Shown: positions 47,139-61,413, numbered from the stretch's first letter. The stretch: DNA of 64,000 bases from Eledone cirrhosa (GCA_964016885.1 OZ024741.1:379626001-379690000), one strand, 5' to 3'. Notes: a model not told the origin generated them from the letters alone. Translations and numbers: made by a program.

Positions 47139-47262
<124 letters not shown>

Positions 47263-47315
47263 ATATATATATATCTATATATATGTAAATACATATATGT
47301 ATGTTGCAGTATATG

Positions 47316-47378
<63 letters not shown>

Positions 47379-49057
47379 AGGATGGTGAACCAACGTGTTC
47401 CCCGCTCATGAGAATACGTCATCAAGTGTATAATTTTCAAGTCTTTTCGAGTAAAAACCTTTACAACTATCTGCAAAGTTCCCACATTCATCAAGTTCTA
47501 TCAAGCGGAATGCTATGCTCTAAGTAATGACGTTTAAGTGAATTTCAATATGATGTTGGAAGAAGATCTTAACATTGAATTGCCCCTAACATTATTTTTT
47601 GGGCCTGTACATAAATCAAGTTATGCGTCAGTATTTGGAGGAAATAATGGTGAACATTTCCGATTACATCTTAAGCAGCGTAATAGAAAACTGGGATCGT
47701 TAAAGAGAAATAGAAAAGAGTATTCAGATAGTTAGCTCAAGGGAGGTAATTAGAATTGAGCTTTGAATTTTAGGCTGGAAAATGTAAATGGGAAATTTCA
47801 CATATAATGAAGTAAAGTATTCATGACTGAAATTAAATTGGACCAAGCCGAATTAAATAAAAACTGAGAAACTATATTTTATAATATTCAAAAAAATATA
47901 TATATTTAAGTGTTCGATAGATATTATTTTGGTAATTAAAATTGGCGATACATTGAATGTTATTGTAACTTAATGAGGGAATGTAAAGGATGCAAAGGGA
48001 AATAATAACGATAAATAATAAGAAAAGAAAATGTAATAAAAGAATAATTAAATGCAGGATGACTTAAATGATGCCTGACAAAAATCGGAATAAATCATGT
48101 CCTTCCTAATCAAAGGGAATTAATTAGTTGAAGGTGGACAAATTAAGTTCACTCATTACAACCATAAATTTCAATGTTAAATGCCAGGTGTCACCTTCAC
48201 CTCACTCATTTGTATTTACAAGAAAATCATCCATTATCTTAGAATACTAGTAATAATATTAGTGAGCTTAACACGAGGAGACTTGAATTCATTAAGGTGT
48301 TTGCTGTTATCAAATATTTCTGTTCCCTCACGTCAGCCTAAGTGAGTTCGAATCTGAAGTTTTTTGCTACAAATCATTGGTGTTAGAAATTGATTCACTT
48401 TACAACAGGAACACTTTAAATAGGCTGACTTAGCATCCGTGTTTTAAAATACTTACGTGAAACATAACATGATACATTTTCTTCTTCACTTGCAACTTGC
48501 TAGTCATCTACATAATGCCAATATGGATATTTACCATATATAAGATTATAGTTGGTCTATTTGGCCATATATAAAATAAAAACTATACACAGAGAGCAGT
48601 TTTAAGTTGTGGCAATAGATACCTAACGATGCGAGTTTAGTTATACAACTTTATACACGGGATGCAGAAAATATTAAGATTTGTAATCTAAAGTTTTGTG
48701 TATTCCTGATTATTGTATAAGTAATTCAAATTTCCAAGATTCTGACATACTGGAATATTGATACTTCTGTATTAATTTATCCCAGTCCTTCCTAAGTTTA
48801 CTAACTACACATATGTCTGCTGCTTTCGAATGTAAGGTTTTGGTGTCCCACATCGATATGTCGATATTGCCGTTTATTTTGTTGTTGCTGTTGTTGTTTT
48901 ATGTTTTACAGTAGGCCTGTCTTTGATGCATTCGAAATTAATGTATTAAAGTGATCCTGTAAAGAGAGACGGTGAGCGGTAATTGACAGAGTCTTCTAGT
49001 CCCCTTTCTGCCTTGTGTTACTTAATAATAATAGTTATATATATATATATATATAGT

Positions 49058-49415
49058 AATAATAATAAATTTGAAGACTAAAATCCAAAGAGGGATCGAT
49101 AAGGATAAATATATATCAAATATATAAGAACCGTAGAGCAAATATTTATTCAATTAACAGATTAAAGTTTAAGCAAAGAATCGCTGCTTTCACTCTTAAC
49201 GGGATCTTCGGAAACTAACAAAGTCAATCTGTAAACGCAGAACTGGATATTTCAAAAAACGTTGCAACCGGAGGAAGACAGGAAGACGATACTGTGATTC
49301 GTGGAAATGTTCGCTGGCAAGAACGGGAAAAAACGAATATAATACGTCATTAATAGGAGCGGTGAAAAACAATTACGCGCAAAGACAGAACCACGTTTAT
49401 GGTATAAAAGAGGTC
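49058..49415 (-). mobile_element. Solo pLTR of the PLE at 62830-64000, with HHR at 49166-49216 (core CCGAAGA)
   Basis: Reverse complement of ~62828-63148. Confidence 0.75.
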
Positions 49416-49509
49416 GTACACTAATGTTCTCTTAGGTGGTGCATAGAGACGTTCTCTGGCAATGAACGAAAAAAACGAAGGTAATACGTCATATGTGGAG
49501 CATATATAT

Positions 49510-49979
49510 ATAGATAGATATATTTCTTTATTAGCCACAGGGGCACAAAAGAAGGGGACAAATATAAAGGGGGAAGTTTACATACAATAAAAACGTGTAA
49601 AATGTTATAACAAATGGAATTTAAAAAGTTAGTCGATTTTCCCCAATAGAGGGAGACAGTTTATATGGGTAACACATACCCCCGAAAAAAATGTGCAACG
49701 CTCATCTCCAGGAGTACGAAGAGTTTGTACCCCTTTCCTCTCTTTCTCCTTTTCCTCAACCTACAGGCTGATATAGAGAGAAAGCCCATTCACTCGGGCC
49801 ATTCTCGCCACTTTCACCCACCTTTCATAAAACTTGCTGGGGTACAGCACCTCTCTCTCCATCCTGATTCTTCTTCCAAAGTGGTATTTGAAAAAAAGAT
49901 ATATAGATAGATAGATAAATATACACGGGTGTGTATAATTGTGTATAGAAGATTATATTAATAAAAGGAATTCCTTTTA

Positions 49980-50059
<80 letters not shown>

Positions 50060-50226
50060 AATATATATATAAATGTATATATATTTATATATATATTTAT
50101 ATATATATTTATATTTATATATATATATATATTTAAATATATATATAGATATATAGATATTTAATATATATATATATTTATATATAAATATATATATATA
50201 TATTTATATATATATATATATAAATA

Positions 50227-50318
<92 letters not shown>

Positions 50319-50379
50319 TAAAAGGAATTCCTTTTATTAATATAATCTTCTATACACAATCATACACACCAGTGTATAT

Positions 50380-50411
<32 letters not shown>

Positions 50412-52105
50412 ATTCTGTATTTAGCAGAGTTATGGGCCTGAAATTATTTATATCGTCCCCCTTGTTCTCGTCCTTCCTCACTAGCGTGACTACGCCCTTG
50501 GTCACAGCACAGGGAATTCTCCCGTTCTGTTGCCAGTTGCAGTAGACCGCCTCGAGGAGATCGGGGAACAAGTCCGTGATGGCGCCCGTCAACCGCTCCT
50601 TAACTAAAATGCTAATCCGGTCCCTGTAAGCCTTACTTGCCGGTAAGGACAAGTTGAGCTTCCAGTAACCGGGTCCCTGTCTATGAGTTCTGTCAAGGTT
50701 GACAATGCGGGTCACTAACTTGTGGTCTGAATAGCCAACCATGCGCATTTTTGGACAACTTAAAAAGTCCTTATCCTTAATTCTAACTATGTACGACCTA
50801 GATGATCCGCTAGGATTTGCCCAAGTCCAGGTTGGCGCAGTCGGAAAATCTAGTCGATATCTATCGGCCAGGTCAAATCGACCGATTAACCCTTTGAGGC
50901 TATTACAACCCTCTCTATCGGGACAGGCCCCTACGTAGTCCCAGCGTGCATCTAGGATACCATTCCAGTCCTCCACTAATAGCAAGGAGCGGGACGTCCC
51001 CAGAAAAGTCTCCAGACGATGAAAGAAGTCCGGCCGCATTGATCCGAAAGGGCCGTAGGCGGCTACCAACCTAAACGCTCCGCCTTTACCACTGCCAAGG
51101 TCCAGAACCACTAGTCGACCCTCCGGGTCCAAATGTACCATCTGTGTTGCGAGACCCAGATGTTTTTGCAGCAGAACGACAACCCCACCCCCACCTCCGG
51201 GCTGACAGAGAGATGCGTGCATCTCAAAGTCATCATAGGTGGGGGCCAGCTGTCGCACGTTGCTGATCCGGGCCTCGTAAATAACCATCACATCTATACG
51301 TTGTGACCTGAGGTCATTTAGAAGCATTGCTTGCTTCCAAGTTGAGCCAAGGCCACGCGCATTTAAACAGCCTACTCTTAGCATAGCCATGTTGGTGGTG
51401 AAGAGAAAAGACACTTACCTCTCTGCGTCTCGGGTATCGGGCTGCACAATTTCCATTAGGGTGGGGGATGGGTTGTTGGGTGGGGTGGTGGTTTGTGGAA
51501 GTGTAGGGGCATCAGTGTGTTGTGTGGTTGGGGAGTTTGGAGTTGTGTGGGTGTTTGGGGAGGGGGTGCGGTAGTTTTTTAGGAGGACGCGGTTAATGGG
51601 CCCGACGCAGGGGGGACCCACGTCCTCTTTAAAGTTGTTTTTTAAAGTTTTATAGGTGTCCTGTGGGGCCTTAATCATTTTGAGGTGGGGGAAATCCCCT
51701 GCCTGGGTGAAGTTAGGCCCTTGGGTTTTTATTAGATTGTTGTTGTACACAGTGTTTAACAATTTTTTGTTTCTTGTGTTTATGTATGTGTATGTATGTT
51801 TTTGTTTTTGTGTGGTGTTTTTTGTTTGCTGTTGTTGTGAGCTCTTTTGTGTTGGTGTCAGTGTTATGTGTTGGGGAGGGGTTGTTTTCATTTGTGTGTC
51901 TGACGTGCGTTTTCTTTTTTTCCTTTTGATTTTGTGGAAGTGATCCTCCTCGTCTGACGACAAACTAGGGTCATCTTCCGCGTTGGAGGGGAGGGGTATA
52001 TTTTCGGATTGTGTTTGCGGTGCGGGTGTTCTCTGTGCTCCTGAGGAAAAGGGTTACACACTTTTTTCGGGTGTGTGTGCGACCCCCAAGGCACCTCCTC
52101 TCTAT
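49510..52105 (-). mobile_element. L1/Tx1-clade LINE, internally deleted (ORF1 part, APE ORF, RT start, 3' end), interrupted by an inverted-repeat element
   Basis: MAMLRVGCLNARGL, VAAYGP, DWNGILD, SDH, YWKLN joined to [14 protein letters not shown]1 end resembles 17846-18121. Probable 3' end at ~49510-49895. Confidence 0.8.
49903..50400. repeat. Inverted-repeat (fold-back/MITE-like) element around an AT microsatellite
   Basis: ~85-bp arms, each containing the perfect palindrome TATTAATAAAAGGAATTCCTTTTATTAATA. Confidence 0.8.
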
Positions 52106-52301
52106 TGAGGATTTTGTTATATATTTTATTCTGTTATATTTTATTTTATTTTTATATTTTGCTATTGCCTCCTCCTTATTGAGGACGTCTTGTTTTGTAA
52201 ACTCCCCCCATTGTACTTGTCCCACTTTTGATGCCCTGGTGGCAAATAAAAGAAACATATTTATCTATCTATCTATATATATGTATATATATATATATAT
52301 A

Positions 52302-52422
<121 letters not shown>

Positions 52423-52451
52423 AGGTATATATGTATATGTATATATATATG

Positions 52452-52526
<75 letters not shown>

Positions 52527-52790
52527 TTGTAAAAGTTCTATTTAAATTGTTGGAATACAACAAGCAGATATGTTTATAACTCATATAAAGCACTCAAAAA
52601 GTAATTGGAGTAAAAATACGATATTAACAAATGGAAACTATTATTATAAAACCATATTTATTTCATTATATTTATTTCAAGGACACCAAGTTATGGTGTG
52701 CTTTCATCTGATAAAATATAATATAGAGCAGTTTTATAAATAAATATTGACATACACTTAAAGAATGCAACGATTACTGTTGGAAGCTCC

Positions 52791-52863
<73 letters not shown>

Positions 52864-53168
52864 CTATTTCTGTCCAGAAATACTCGTCGAAACGGCTTGA
52901 GCTCTGCCGTCGGGGTCATACTTTTTCATATATATATATATATATATAACGAAGGAGATGTGGTAGGGACCTGATGGACGATAACGCACCAACGTACTCA
53001 ATACTTAGGGTAGTAGAGTGGGCAATAGGAACGAGTAGGACCCCGACGGCTGAGCTCAAGCCGTTTCGACGGCTAATTCTGGACGGATTCGACGTTTCGA
53101 CGGCTAATTCTGCGTCCAGAATTAGCCGTCGAAACGGCTTGAACTCAGCCGTCGGGGTGCTACTCGTT

Positions 53169-53246
<78 letters not shown>

Positions 53247-53707
53247 TGTAATCTGAGGATTTCGAATATTAATAATAATATTCGTTTCGTTTGAAATTAT
53301 GCAAAAACCCTCTTTTTTTTTAAAGTCATGTCAGTAAAATCAGCCCTTCATTCTTGATTGTTGCTCTTGTGTTGGCATAAGAGCCTATTTTCATAATTGC
53401 AAACGAAAGGAATATTATTATTAATATTCGAAACCCTCAGATTACATTTATTGGATTCAGCCATGTCGAGTGAAAATCCTTTTTTTTTTCTTTTAATATG
53501 GCAAAGCCTTCTTTTAAACACTCGTATACAGGAAACTGACTGGCCAGTCTGCTGATAAGCAAATCTGGCTGATCAGTGGATCTGTTAATACGTTGCTCTG
53601 ACTGGTAGCCCGTCTGCTAATATGCAAATCAGGCCGATTAATCACTGAATGTTTTAGAAAATATTATATATTTTCACTAGCTCTGACATTTGGCAGGCAA
53701 ACAGTGT

Positions 53708-53753
53708 ACTGTACTGATGAAGAGTAATTCCCAGAAACATTAGTGTCTGCAGT
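53708..53753 (+). ncRNA. Type I hammerhead (family l), canonical core, GUC site
   Basis: actgta-CTGATGA-agagtaattccca (weak stem II)-GAAA-cattagtg-TC-tgcagt; lies inside a repeat unit (53243-54110) with inverted ends. Confidence 0.7.
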
Positions 53754-53871
53754 TCGGTTTACATGCCAACACAAGAGCAAGAATGACGGGTTCATTCTAC
53801 TGACATGGCTTTTAACAAAAGAGGTTGTTTCCATAATTGCAAACGAAACAAATATTATTATTTATATTCGG

Positions 53872-54049
53872 TGGATTGGCAGTATCGCTAGAGGGTCGGA
53901 CGCCATGATTTACAGCATAGTTAAGTCCCTTTACGATCTGAGTTCAAATCCCGCCGAGGTTGACTTTGCCTTTCATCCTTACGGGGTCGATAAAATAAAG
54001 TACCAGTAATGCACTGGTGAATTGCAGGCCTTGTGCCTAAAGTAGAAAC
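53872..54049 (+). mobile_element. tRNA-derived SINE with 15-bp TSD
   Basis: TSD ATTATTTATATTCGG at 53857-53871 and 54051-54065. Confidence 0.85.
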
Positions 54050-54109
54050 AATTATTTATATTCGGAAACATCAGAATACATTTATTGTATTCAGCCATGA
54101 AGAACGAAC

Positions 54110-54152
<43 letters not shown>

Positions 54153-54465
54153 TTATTTATTCGGCGGAAGCAGCGGGTGCGTACCTCTGATGATCGCCAA
54201 CCAGTCTGAAAGGGACTGTTAGCTTCTCTACCTTCTTTCGCCGAAAAGAAGTACATGATATAGTCACTACTTTAAAATCGATATCCTATGGTCTTCTAAA
54301 TGATATTAATTAAATATGCTGTATATTGTCAAATATATTACAGATGCATTCATATACATATGTATATATATCCGGGCTAGAAGCTGCTATAGGTTAGGCC
54401 GCCCTTCTGTCTCTGCTTTTCAGCCCCATGGATTTTGTCTATTATATTCCTTTGTTAAATTTCGA

Positions 54466-54523
54466 ATACTTGATAATGTCACCGGGTTCATATTGATCCT
54501 GGTCACTGAAATGATCATAGTAT
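54466..54523 (+). ncRNA. Hammerhead (family m) with U3-A8 core
   Basis: atac-TTGATAA-stem II-GAAA-tgatca-TA-gtat; paralog at 59969-60026 has core CTTATGA. Confidence 0.65.
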
Positions 54524-54705
54524 AATAAACCTTTTAAGGAATTACACCAGTCCAGCCTCCTATTATTTTATAATAATTAACTCTGTACTCGCACCACCAA
54601 AACGAAGACTGGTGAGTTGCATTACGTCAAGTGCTCTCCCTAATATTACATCGAGGTTGACCATACAGAATGACGAGTTCTATTGAGTGGTGAACCAACC
54701 AACCT

Positions 54706-54776
<71 letters not shown>

Positions 54777-55188
54777 AATATAATTTCAGCGTCATCGAAT
54801 TTCGGCAGTGGGCAAAAACAAAACGAAACGCAATCTTCGAGATATGTGGCAAGCGTTCAATGGACTAAAAGAGACCAGAGCAATACACATAGGTTATAGA
54901 GGCCAAAAAAACAGAAAACGGCGGTCAAGAAGCCATCAGCCACCGAAGTAAAAAAAACGAAGCAAGCTAAACAGATCAAACGAAAGAATTTACCTGGACC
55001 CCTGGAATTTATGCTATAATCCAGTGAAAGGTTCGTGCGACACCGAAATAAATTATACTGACTGCTTCCATATTAAGCTATTGGTATAATGATCGAACAA
55101 GGCTGCCACTAGGTCAACAGGGATTTTGTCCTCAGCCAGCGAGCGGGATCCCAGCGGAAGTAATGAGTTTTATATATTTATAATTATT

Positions 55189-55362
55189 GTTTCTACTTTT
55201 GGCACAAAGCCAGTAATTAGCCAGTGCAATACTGGTACTTTATTTTATCGACGCCGTAAGGTGAAAGGCAATGTTAACCTCGGCGAGATTTGAAATAGGA
55301 ATGGCAAGCGCCGTAACTCTATGCGTCAAAGCATGGCGTCCCACCCTCTACGATACTGCCAT
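55189..55362 (-). mobile_element. tRNA-derived SINE
   Basis: Same core and ends as the other copies. Confidence 0.8.
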
Positions 55363-55368
55363 AGTAAC

Positions 55369-55439
<71 letters not shown>

Positions 55440-55442
<3 letters not shown>

Positions 55443-56919
55443 TAATTTAATATATCTACTAACATAAGCGCACAGATGTACGCTAATGCCAGCAAATACA
55501 CAGGTTATGTCATAGTACCTAGGTCGTTCAATGCAGGAGGATGCAGAACAATAATATAAAAGACGTAAAATAAGAAAATTTTAAAAATATTTTTTTTAAA
55601 ATTAACTTACTTAAATTTTCACTCCAACTAATTAGTTTCTGCAATGGGATAAAGACAGTTACGTAATGAACTGTTGAGAATTTCATTGCGTCATCAGGGA
55701 GGTCTATTCTCTGCCAAGTCTCCAGGCAATGCGCGGACACTGTGGACTCATATAAAAATAATAATAATTCGGTAAATGGAACAGCTATCGGGGACTGGAT
55801 TCCAAGCACTGAAATTTCTCGCTGCCACTGGTCAAATGGCCGATTCTAAAGAATCAATCACGTGACACTGAGGCCAGTCGGTAGGAGTGGGATGGTAAGG
55901 TGACAGACGCCTACTAACACCCCAACAAAAAATTTAGTAGTGGCTTTGGCAGGTTTGCTCGACAAATCAGTGATTTGGAGGTAAATATAGATAATTTAAT
56001 ATATCGACTAACATAAGCGCACAGATGTACGCTAATGCCAGCAAATACACAGGTTATGTCATAGTACCTAGGTGGTTCAATGCAGGAGGATGCAGAACAA
56101 TAATATAAAAGACGTAAATTAAGAAAATTTAAAAAAAAATTTTTTAAAAATTAACTTACTTAAATTTTCACTCCAACTAATTAGTTTCTGCAATGGGATA
56201 AAGACAGTTACGTAATGAACTGTTGATAATTTCATTGCGTCATTAGGGAGGTCTATTCTCAGCCAAGTCTCCAGGCAATGCGCGGACACTGGGGACTCAT
56301 ATAAAAATAATAATAATTCGGTAAATGGAACAGCTATCGGGGACTGGATTCCAAGCACTGAAAATTCTCGCTGCCTCTGGTCAAATGGCCTATTCTAAAG
56401 AATCAATCACGTGACACTGAGGCCAGTCGGTAGGAGTGGGATGGTAAGATGACAGACGCCTACTAACACCCCAACAAAAGATTTAGTAGTGGTTTTGGCA
56501 GGTTTGCTCGATAAATCAGTGATTTGGAGGTAAATATAGATAATGTAATATATCTACTAACATAAGCGCACAGATGTACGCTAATGCCAGTAAATACACA
56601 GGTTATGTCATAGTACCTAGGTGGTTCAATGCAGGAGGATGCAGAACAATAATATAAAAGACGTAAAATAAGAAAATTTTAAAAAATTTTTTAAAAATTA
56701 ACTTACTTACTTAAATTTTCACTCCAACTAATTAGTTTCTGCAATGGGATAAAGACAGTTACGTAATGAACTGTTGAGAATTTCATTGCGTCATCAATGA
56801 AATTCTCAACAGTTCATTACGTAACTGTCTTTATCCCATTGCAGAAACTAATTAGTTGGAGTGAAAATTTAAGTAAGTTAATTTTTAAAAAAATGTTTTT
56901 AAAATTTTCTTATTTTACG

Positions 56920-56926
<7 letters not shown>
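55440..56926 (-). mobile_element. Retrozyme-like ~549-bp tandem (about 2.5 units) ending in a fold-back
   Basis: Units start at ~55440, ~55989 and ~56538. HHR (family f) at 55622-55701 and 56171-56250. Inversion centre ~56792. Confidence 0.75.
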
Positions 56927-56996
<70 letters not shown>

Positions 56997-57002
56997 CATA
57001 GT

Positions 57003-57060
<58 letters not shown>

Positions 57061-57074
57061 AAATATATGAAATA

Positions 57075-58550
57075 TGAAATATAAGAATCAATGAACTGTT
57101 CAAAACATTTTTGTGCTTACAACTGTTTCCTCCAAACCGAGGTTTCGATTCTTCGGAGCAATTTATTAATAAATGGACAGTTATATGACCTCCTTTTCAC
57201 CCAAGAGACATACAGATACATATGCAAATATTGTGGGTCAACATTCATTACAGCATTTAGAGTGGTAGTACAAACGATTTAATCTAGTAACGCTGTTGAG
57301 CAGTAGGACCGGTACGCTGAGTGCAGAGAATGAATGTATTGCAACTGGCGTGCGGGTTGTACATATATGGATGATTTGATGGTCAGAGTGGGGTCATTAG
57401 GACTGCGGATTGACCTCTGATCGGCCCCGGTGATGATTATCTTTCGACATCCAATGTAGCAAGCGATGACCCAGAACTTACCAGAGATCATTGTGTGTTG
57501 AGATAATTCTGCAATCACCGCGCCTGGTCCTATGAGTAGACTACAACCACAGAGATCATTAATTTAGAATCCTCGCTCGGCGTCTATAATATTCATTTGT
57601 GGCACCCTACGATGGGGGTTAATTCACCATAATAATACGAACACCTTCAGCACAACTTAATAGACTACTCTATAGTTAAAACACTTTAAGCTTTAGAAAT
57701 TTTTTAGAAGTTGCGCATAACCATAGAAATTAGAGTCTATTTTGAGACACATTTCAATAGTTAGTAATAGAAACCTTGGAGTTACCTCCCCTCATGCATT
57801 AACTCCCCTTAGCCACACACACACTTCCGGGTAATATTCAATGTCGATTCTCGAAACGTAACAGCCTCCTGTATTGAACTAAAGAACATCAGACTACGAT
57901 TCTCTAACTGGATTGTCAAACGCTCAATATCGAATTGTCGTGGATTATGTGAGGGGCATATAATTTGAAAAATACACTCCCCTGACTATGAAAATGTCGA
58001 AGTACATGAAGTCCATAACATCCCTTCGCTGTGCATTTCCAATACTTTTAATATTTTTAATATTTTTAATGCTTGCACTATTTTTAATGCATATATCATT
58101 TCTCCACACACAGACTATAACAATCATATAAAGAATTTGCCACCAGATCAACCAACCTAACACTCTTGTTTACCTACCTAAGTGCTTCTACTACACGCAA
58201 CTCTCTGCCACACTACATAAACAAGACGCACGTGCTTGCCACACATATAACATTTGCACTATATAACCGCTTATTTTCATGTTGTATTTTAACCTGTATT
58301 TTTGATTTTTGATTGTACCTTTTAATATGAATGTAATCTCTAAGTGTGTACTGCCACTCTAAATGCTGTAATGAATGTTGACCCACAATATTTGCATATG
58401 TATCTGTATGTGTCTTGGGTGAAAAGGAGGTCATATAACTGTCCATTCATTAATAAATTGCTCCGAAGAATCCAAACTTCGGTTTGGAGGAAAAAGTTGT
58501 AAGCACAAAAATGTTTTGAACAGTTCTTTGATTCTTATATTTCATATAAC
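57075..58550. mobile_element. Non-coding element with ~200-bp inverted ends carrying HHR family n (57114-57160 -, 58459-58505 +)
   Basis: tgct-CCGAAGA-tccaaac/gtttgga-GAAA-(c/a)agttg-TA-agca; 57075-57272 is inverted at ~58348-58545. Confidence 0.7.
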
Positions 58551-58739
58551 TGCTCTGTAAATCATCTGATGTTTTTACATTGAACTACTTAACTTACTGG
58601 TAATAAGGTAGTAATATATTACTGCCTACCACTATTTAGGGTTTGTATAAAAAAATATATATAACTGCAAAAGGTTTTTGTATTTACATAACCATAAATA
58701 GTATAAGTAATACTATATATATATGTATATAAGAACATT

Positions 58740-59018
58740 ATAAAAATTAACTTACTTACTAAAATTTCAATCCAACTAATTAGTTTCTGAAAGGGAATAA
58801 ATATGCTTTCCGAATGGAACCATGGAGAAAATCCTTTGGTCATCCGGAAGTTTATTCTCAGCTAAGTTCCCAGGCAAAGCGTAGACACAGGGAACTTATA
58901 CAAAAATAATTCAGTGGATGGAAAACAAGCAAGGGAGGACTAAATTCCAGGACATTGATAAAATCACTGTCCACTTCGTCGGTGGCAAATTCAAAAGAAT
59001 CAATCACGTGACATTGAG
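58740..59018 (-). mobile_element. Diverged monomer of the 549-bp family (HHR at 58771-58849, core CGGATGA)
   Basis: Aligns to 55597-55872. Confidence 0.65.
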
Positions 59019-59740
59019 GTTAATCAGTGAGCCTTCCTTGAGTGCTTGGAAAAATAAATTTCCCCTCATTCGGTAAACGAAATTACTCGGAGCGGATCGC
59101 TTCGCCCCTATGCTCGCCGCGCCGCATGTTTTGACTACCATATTATACATATAAACTCTAGGCCTAAGCATAATTATTAGCTGTATCATACCTCCCTCTA
59201 CTGGCACGTAAACAAACACCTCCTCTGTGAATGTATAGTATTCGTTTGGTATAGACAATGGCCTGTTGAAGAGGTAGACTTCCCGCCAGCACACCCGAAG
59301 CTTAAGACAGTTACGTTCCTAGAGTACTAGGAAAAATTCATTTCCATTTTTTTGATACCACACGAAACTGGCTGACACGTGGTTAGGAGGTGCTGGCTGG
59401 GTTTACAATCGAAGGCTTTAATCTTTACTCTATATCCCAACCTGATAACATATCGAGATTCCCACTTAAACCTTTTCATATAAGACTCTCTCTGTAATTT
59501 TATTAAATAAATCTCGCAACCCAAACCTTTATTTTCTCATAATTTTTTTATTATTATTTTTTTTATTTAATTTTATCCTATAACTCTAAACATAAGTTTA
59601 ACGTTCCAATTTTCTGTTAACACATTATACCATACAGACGCCTACTATATATGCCTCTGTTAAATATTGGTTCTTTGGAATAACATTTTTCGCGGCGATT
59701 TCTAGCCTGACTTTAATGTGACCCTTGCGCTGACTTTTTC

Positions 59741-59772
<32 letters not shown>

Positions 59773-60082
59773 ATTTTTCTCTTTGATGGAGAGGTGGTAG
59801 TACATCATAAGCCTTTGCCCCCTAACCAGATGGACATTAGTAGACCGAGTAGCCATCACTTGAGGGTGACTTACTGAGGTGAAAGCAGCTAGTTGGTCAG
59901 TCGTCCTTTTTGTCTTTGATTTTCGGACCCATGGATTATATCTGTTATGTTCCTTTGTTATATCTCGAATACCTTATGATATCACCGGATTCATACGGAA
60001 CCCGGTCATTGAAATAGTCATAATATAATAAACCTTTCAAGGATTTACACCAGTCCAGCCTCCTATTATTTTATTTATAATA

Positions 60083-60266
60083 GGGCGGTGGACTGGCAGT
60101 ATCGGTAGAGGGTCGCAGGCCATGCTTTCCAGCATCGTTACGTCCCTTTACGATCTGAGTTCAAATCCCGCCGAGGTTGACTTTGCCTTTCATCCTTACG
60201 GGGTCGATAAAATAAAGTACCAGTAATGCAATGGTTAATTGATGGCCTTGTGCCTAAAGTTGAAAC
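60083..60266 (+). mobile_element. tRNA-derived SINE, full length, 18-bp TSD
   Basis: TSD ATTATTTTATTTATAATA at 60065-60082 and 60268-60285; an empty-site paralog lies at ~54550-54600. Confidence 0.9.
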
Positions 60267-60681
60267 AATTATTTTATTTATAATAATTAACTCCGTATTC
60301 GCACCACCAACTACACAAATAAAGACGGGTGAGCTGCATTAGGTTGAGTACTCTCCATAATATTACATCATGATTGACCATACGGAATGACCAATTCTAT
60401 CCAGTGGTGAACCAACAAACCTACATAAATATATATATATATATAATATATAGAAACACAAAGATACATGCGGACACATACATATACATGAATATATCCA
60501 CACATATCTTTGAATTAGTGGTGCCAACCTCAACCGATGTGGCTCTATGAATAACTGGGACAAAATAATCCGAATGGATTAGATTGATTCAGTAGCAGAG
60601 CTATATAATACATTATGAAGAGAGAAGAAACATTAGATATAATTAATAATAAGATATATCATACCTAAACTCCTTCTTTAC

Positions 60682-60774
60682 TCCTCGACTACGTAGTTTC
60701 GTGTCATATTATGCAAAAACACTACATCACAGAGATATAGAATTTTTGTGAGGTCTGCCGACTTATCAAGAAGA
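60682..60774 (-). ncRNA. Hammerhead (family o) with U3-A8 core and GUC site
   Basis: tcttc-TTGATAA-gtcggca..tg(a/c)cac-GAAA-ctacgtag-TC-gagga. Sits in a ~595-bp direct repeat (60450/61045) with an inverted partial copy at ~61268-61418. Confidence 0.7.
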
Positions 60775-61413
60775 TATCTTATTAAGAGTTTCAAAACACG
60801 TCCGTAGGAGGAGAGATGGAATCCCGAAAGACGGAGGGGGAGTCAATCACGTGATACAGCGGTCAAGAAACAGTGCTCAGCCTCTTATAAACATGAAAAA
60901 AATACCATGGATGCGGAGGGAGTACTTATATCAAAGCTGTAGAAGAGGTGGCTAAGGTGGCGAGAAGTATGAGTAAAGATAATTTTCCAGCAGTCACTAC
61001 ACTTCAAAGGTTACTCGACCAAAGGGAGTTAGAAACAATATATAGAGACACACAGATGCATGCGGACACATACATATACATGAATATATCCACATATATC
61101 TTTGAATTATTGGTGCCAATCTCAACCGATGTTGCTCTATGAATAACTGGGACAAAATAATCCGAATGGATTAGATTGATTCAGTATCAGAGCTATATAA
61201 TACATTATGAAGAGAGAAGAAACATTAGATATAATTAATAATAAGATATATCATACCTAAACTCCTTACCTCACAAAAATTCTATATCTCTGTGATGTAG
61301 TGTTTTTGCATAATATGCCACGAAACTACGTAGTCAAGAAGTAAAGAAGCAGTTTAGGTATGATATATCTTATTATTATTTATATCTAATGTTTCTTCTC
61401 TCTTCATAATGTG

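Noticed and set aside
47380-49020. Unassigned AT-rich stretch as possible host exons
   Set aside because: No recognisable protein motif or convincing splice-flanked ORF; small exons cannot be excluded without transcript data.
54180-54240. CTGATGA...GAAA hammerhead candidate
   Set aside because: No convincing stem I or stem II pairing.
60083-60175. tRNA genes at the SINE heads
   Set aside because: A and B boxes are present, but the sequence runs directly into the SINE core and lacks a clean cloverleaf.
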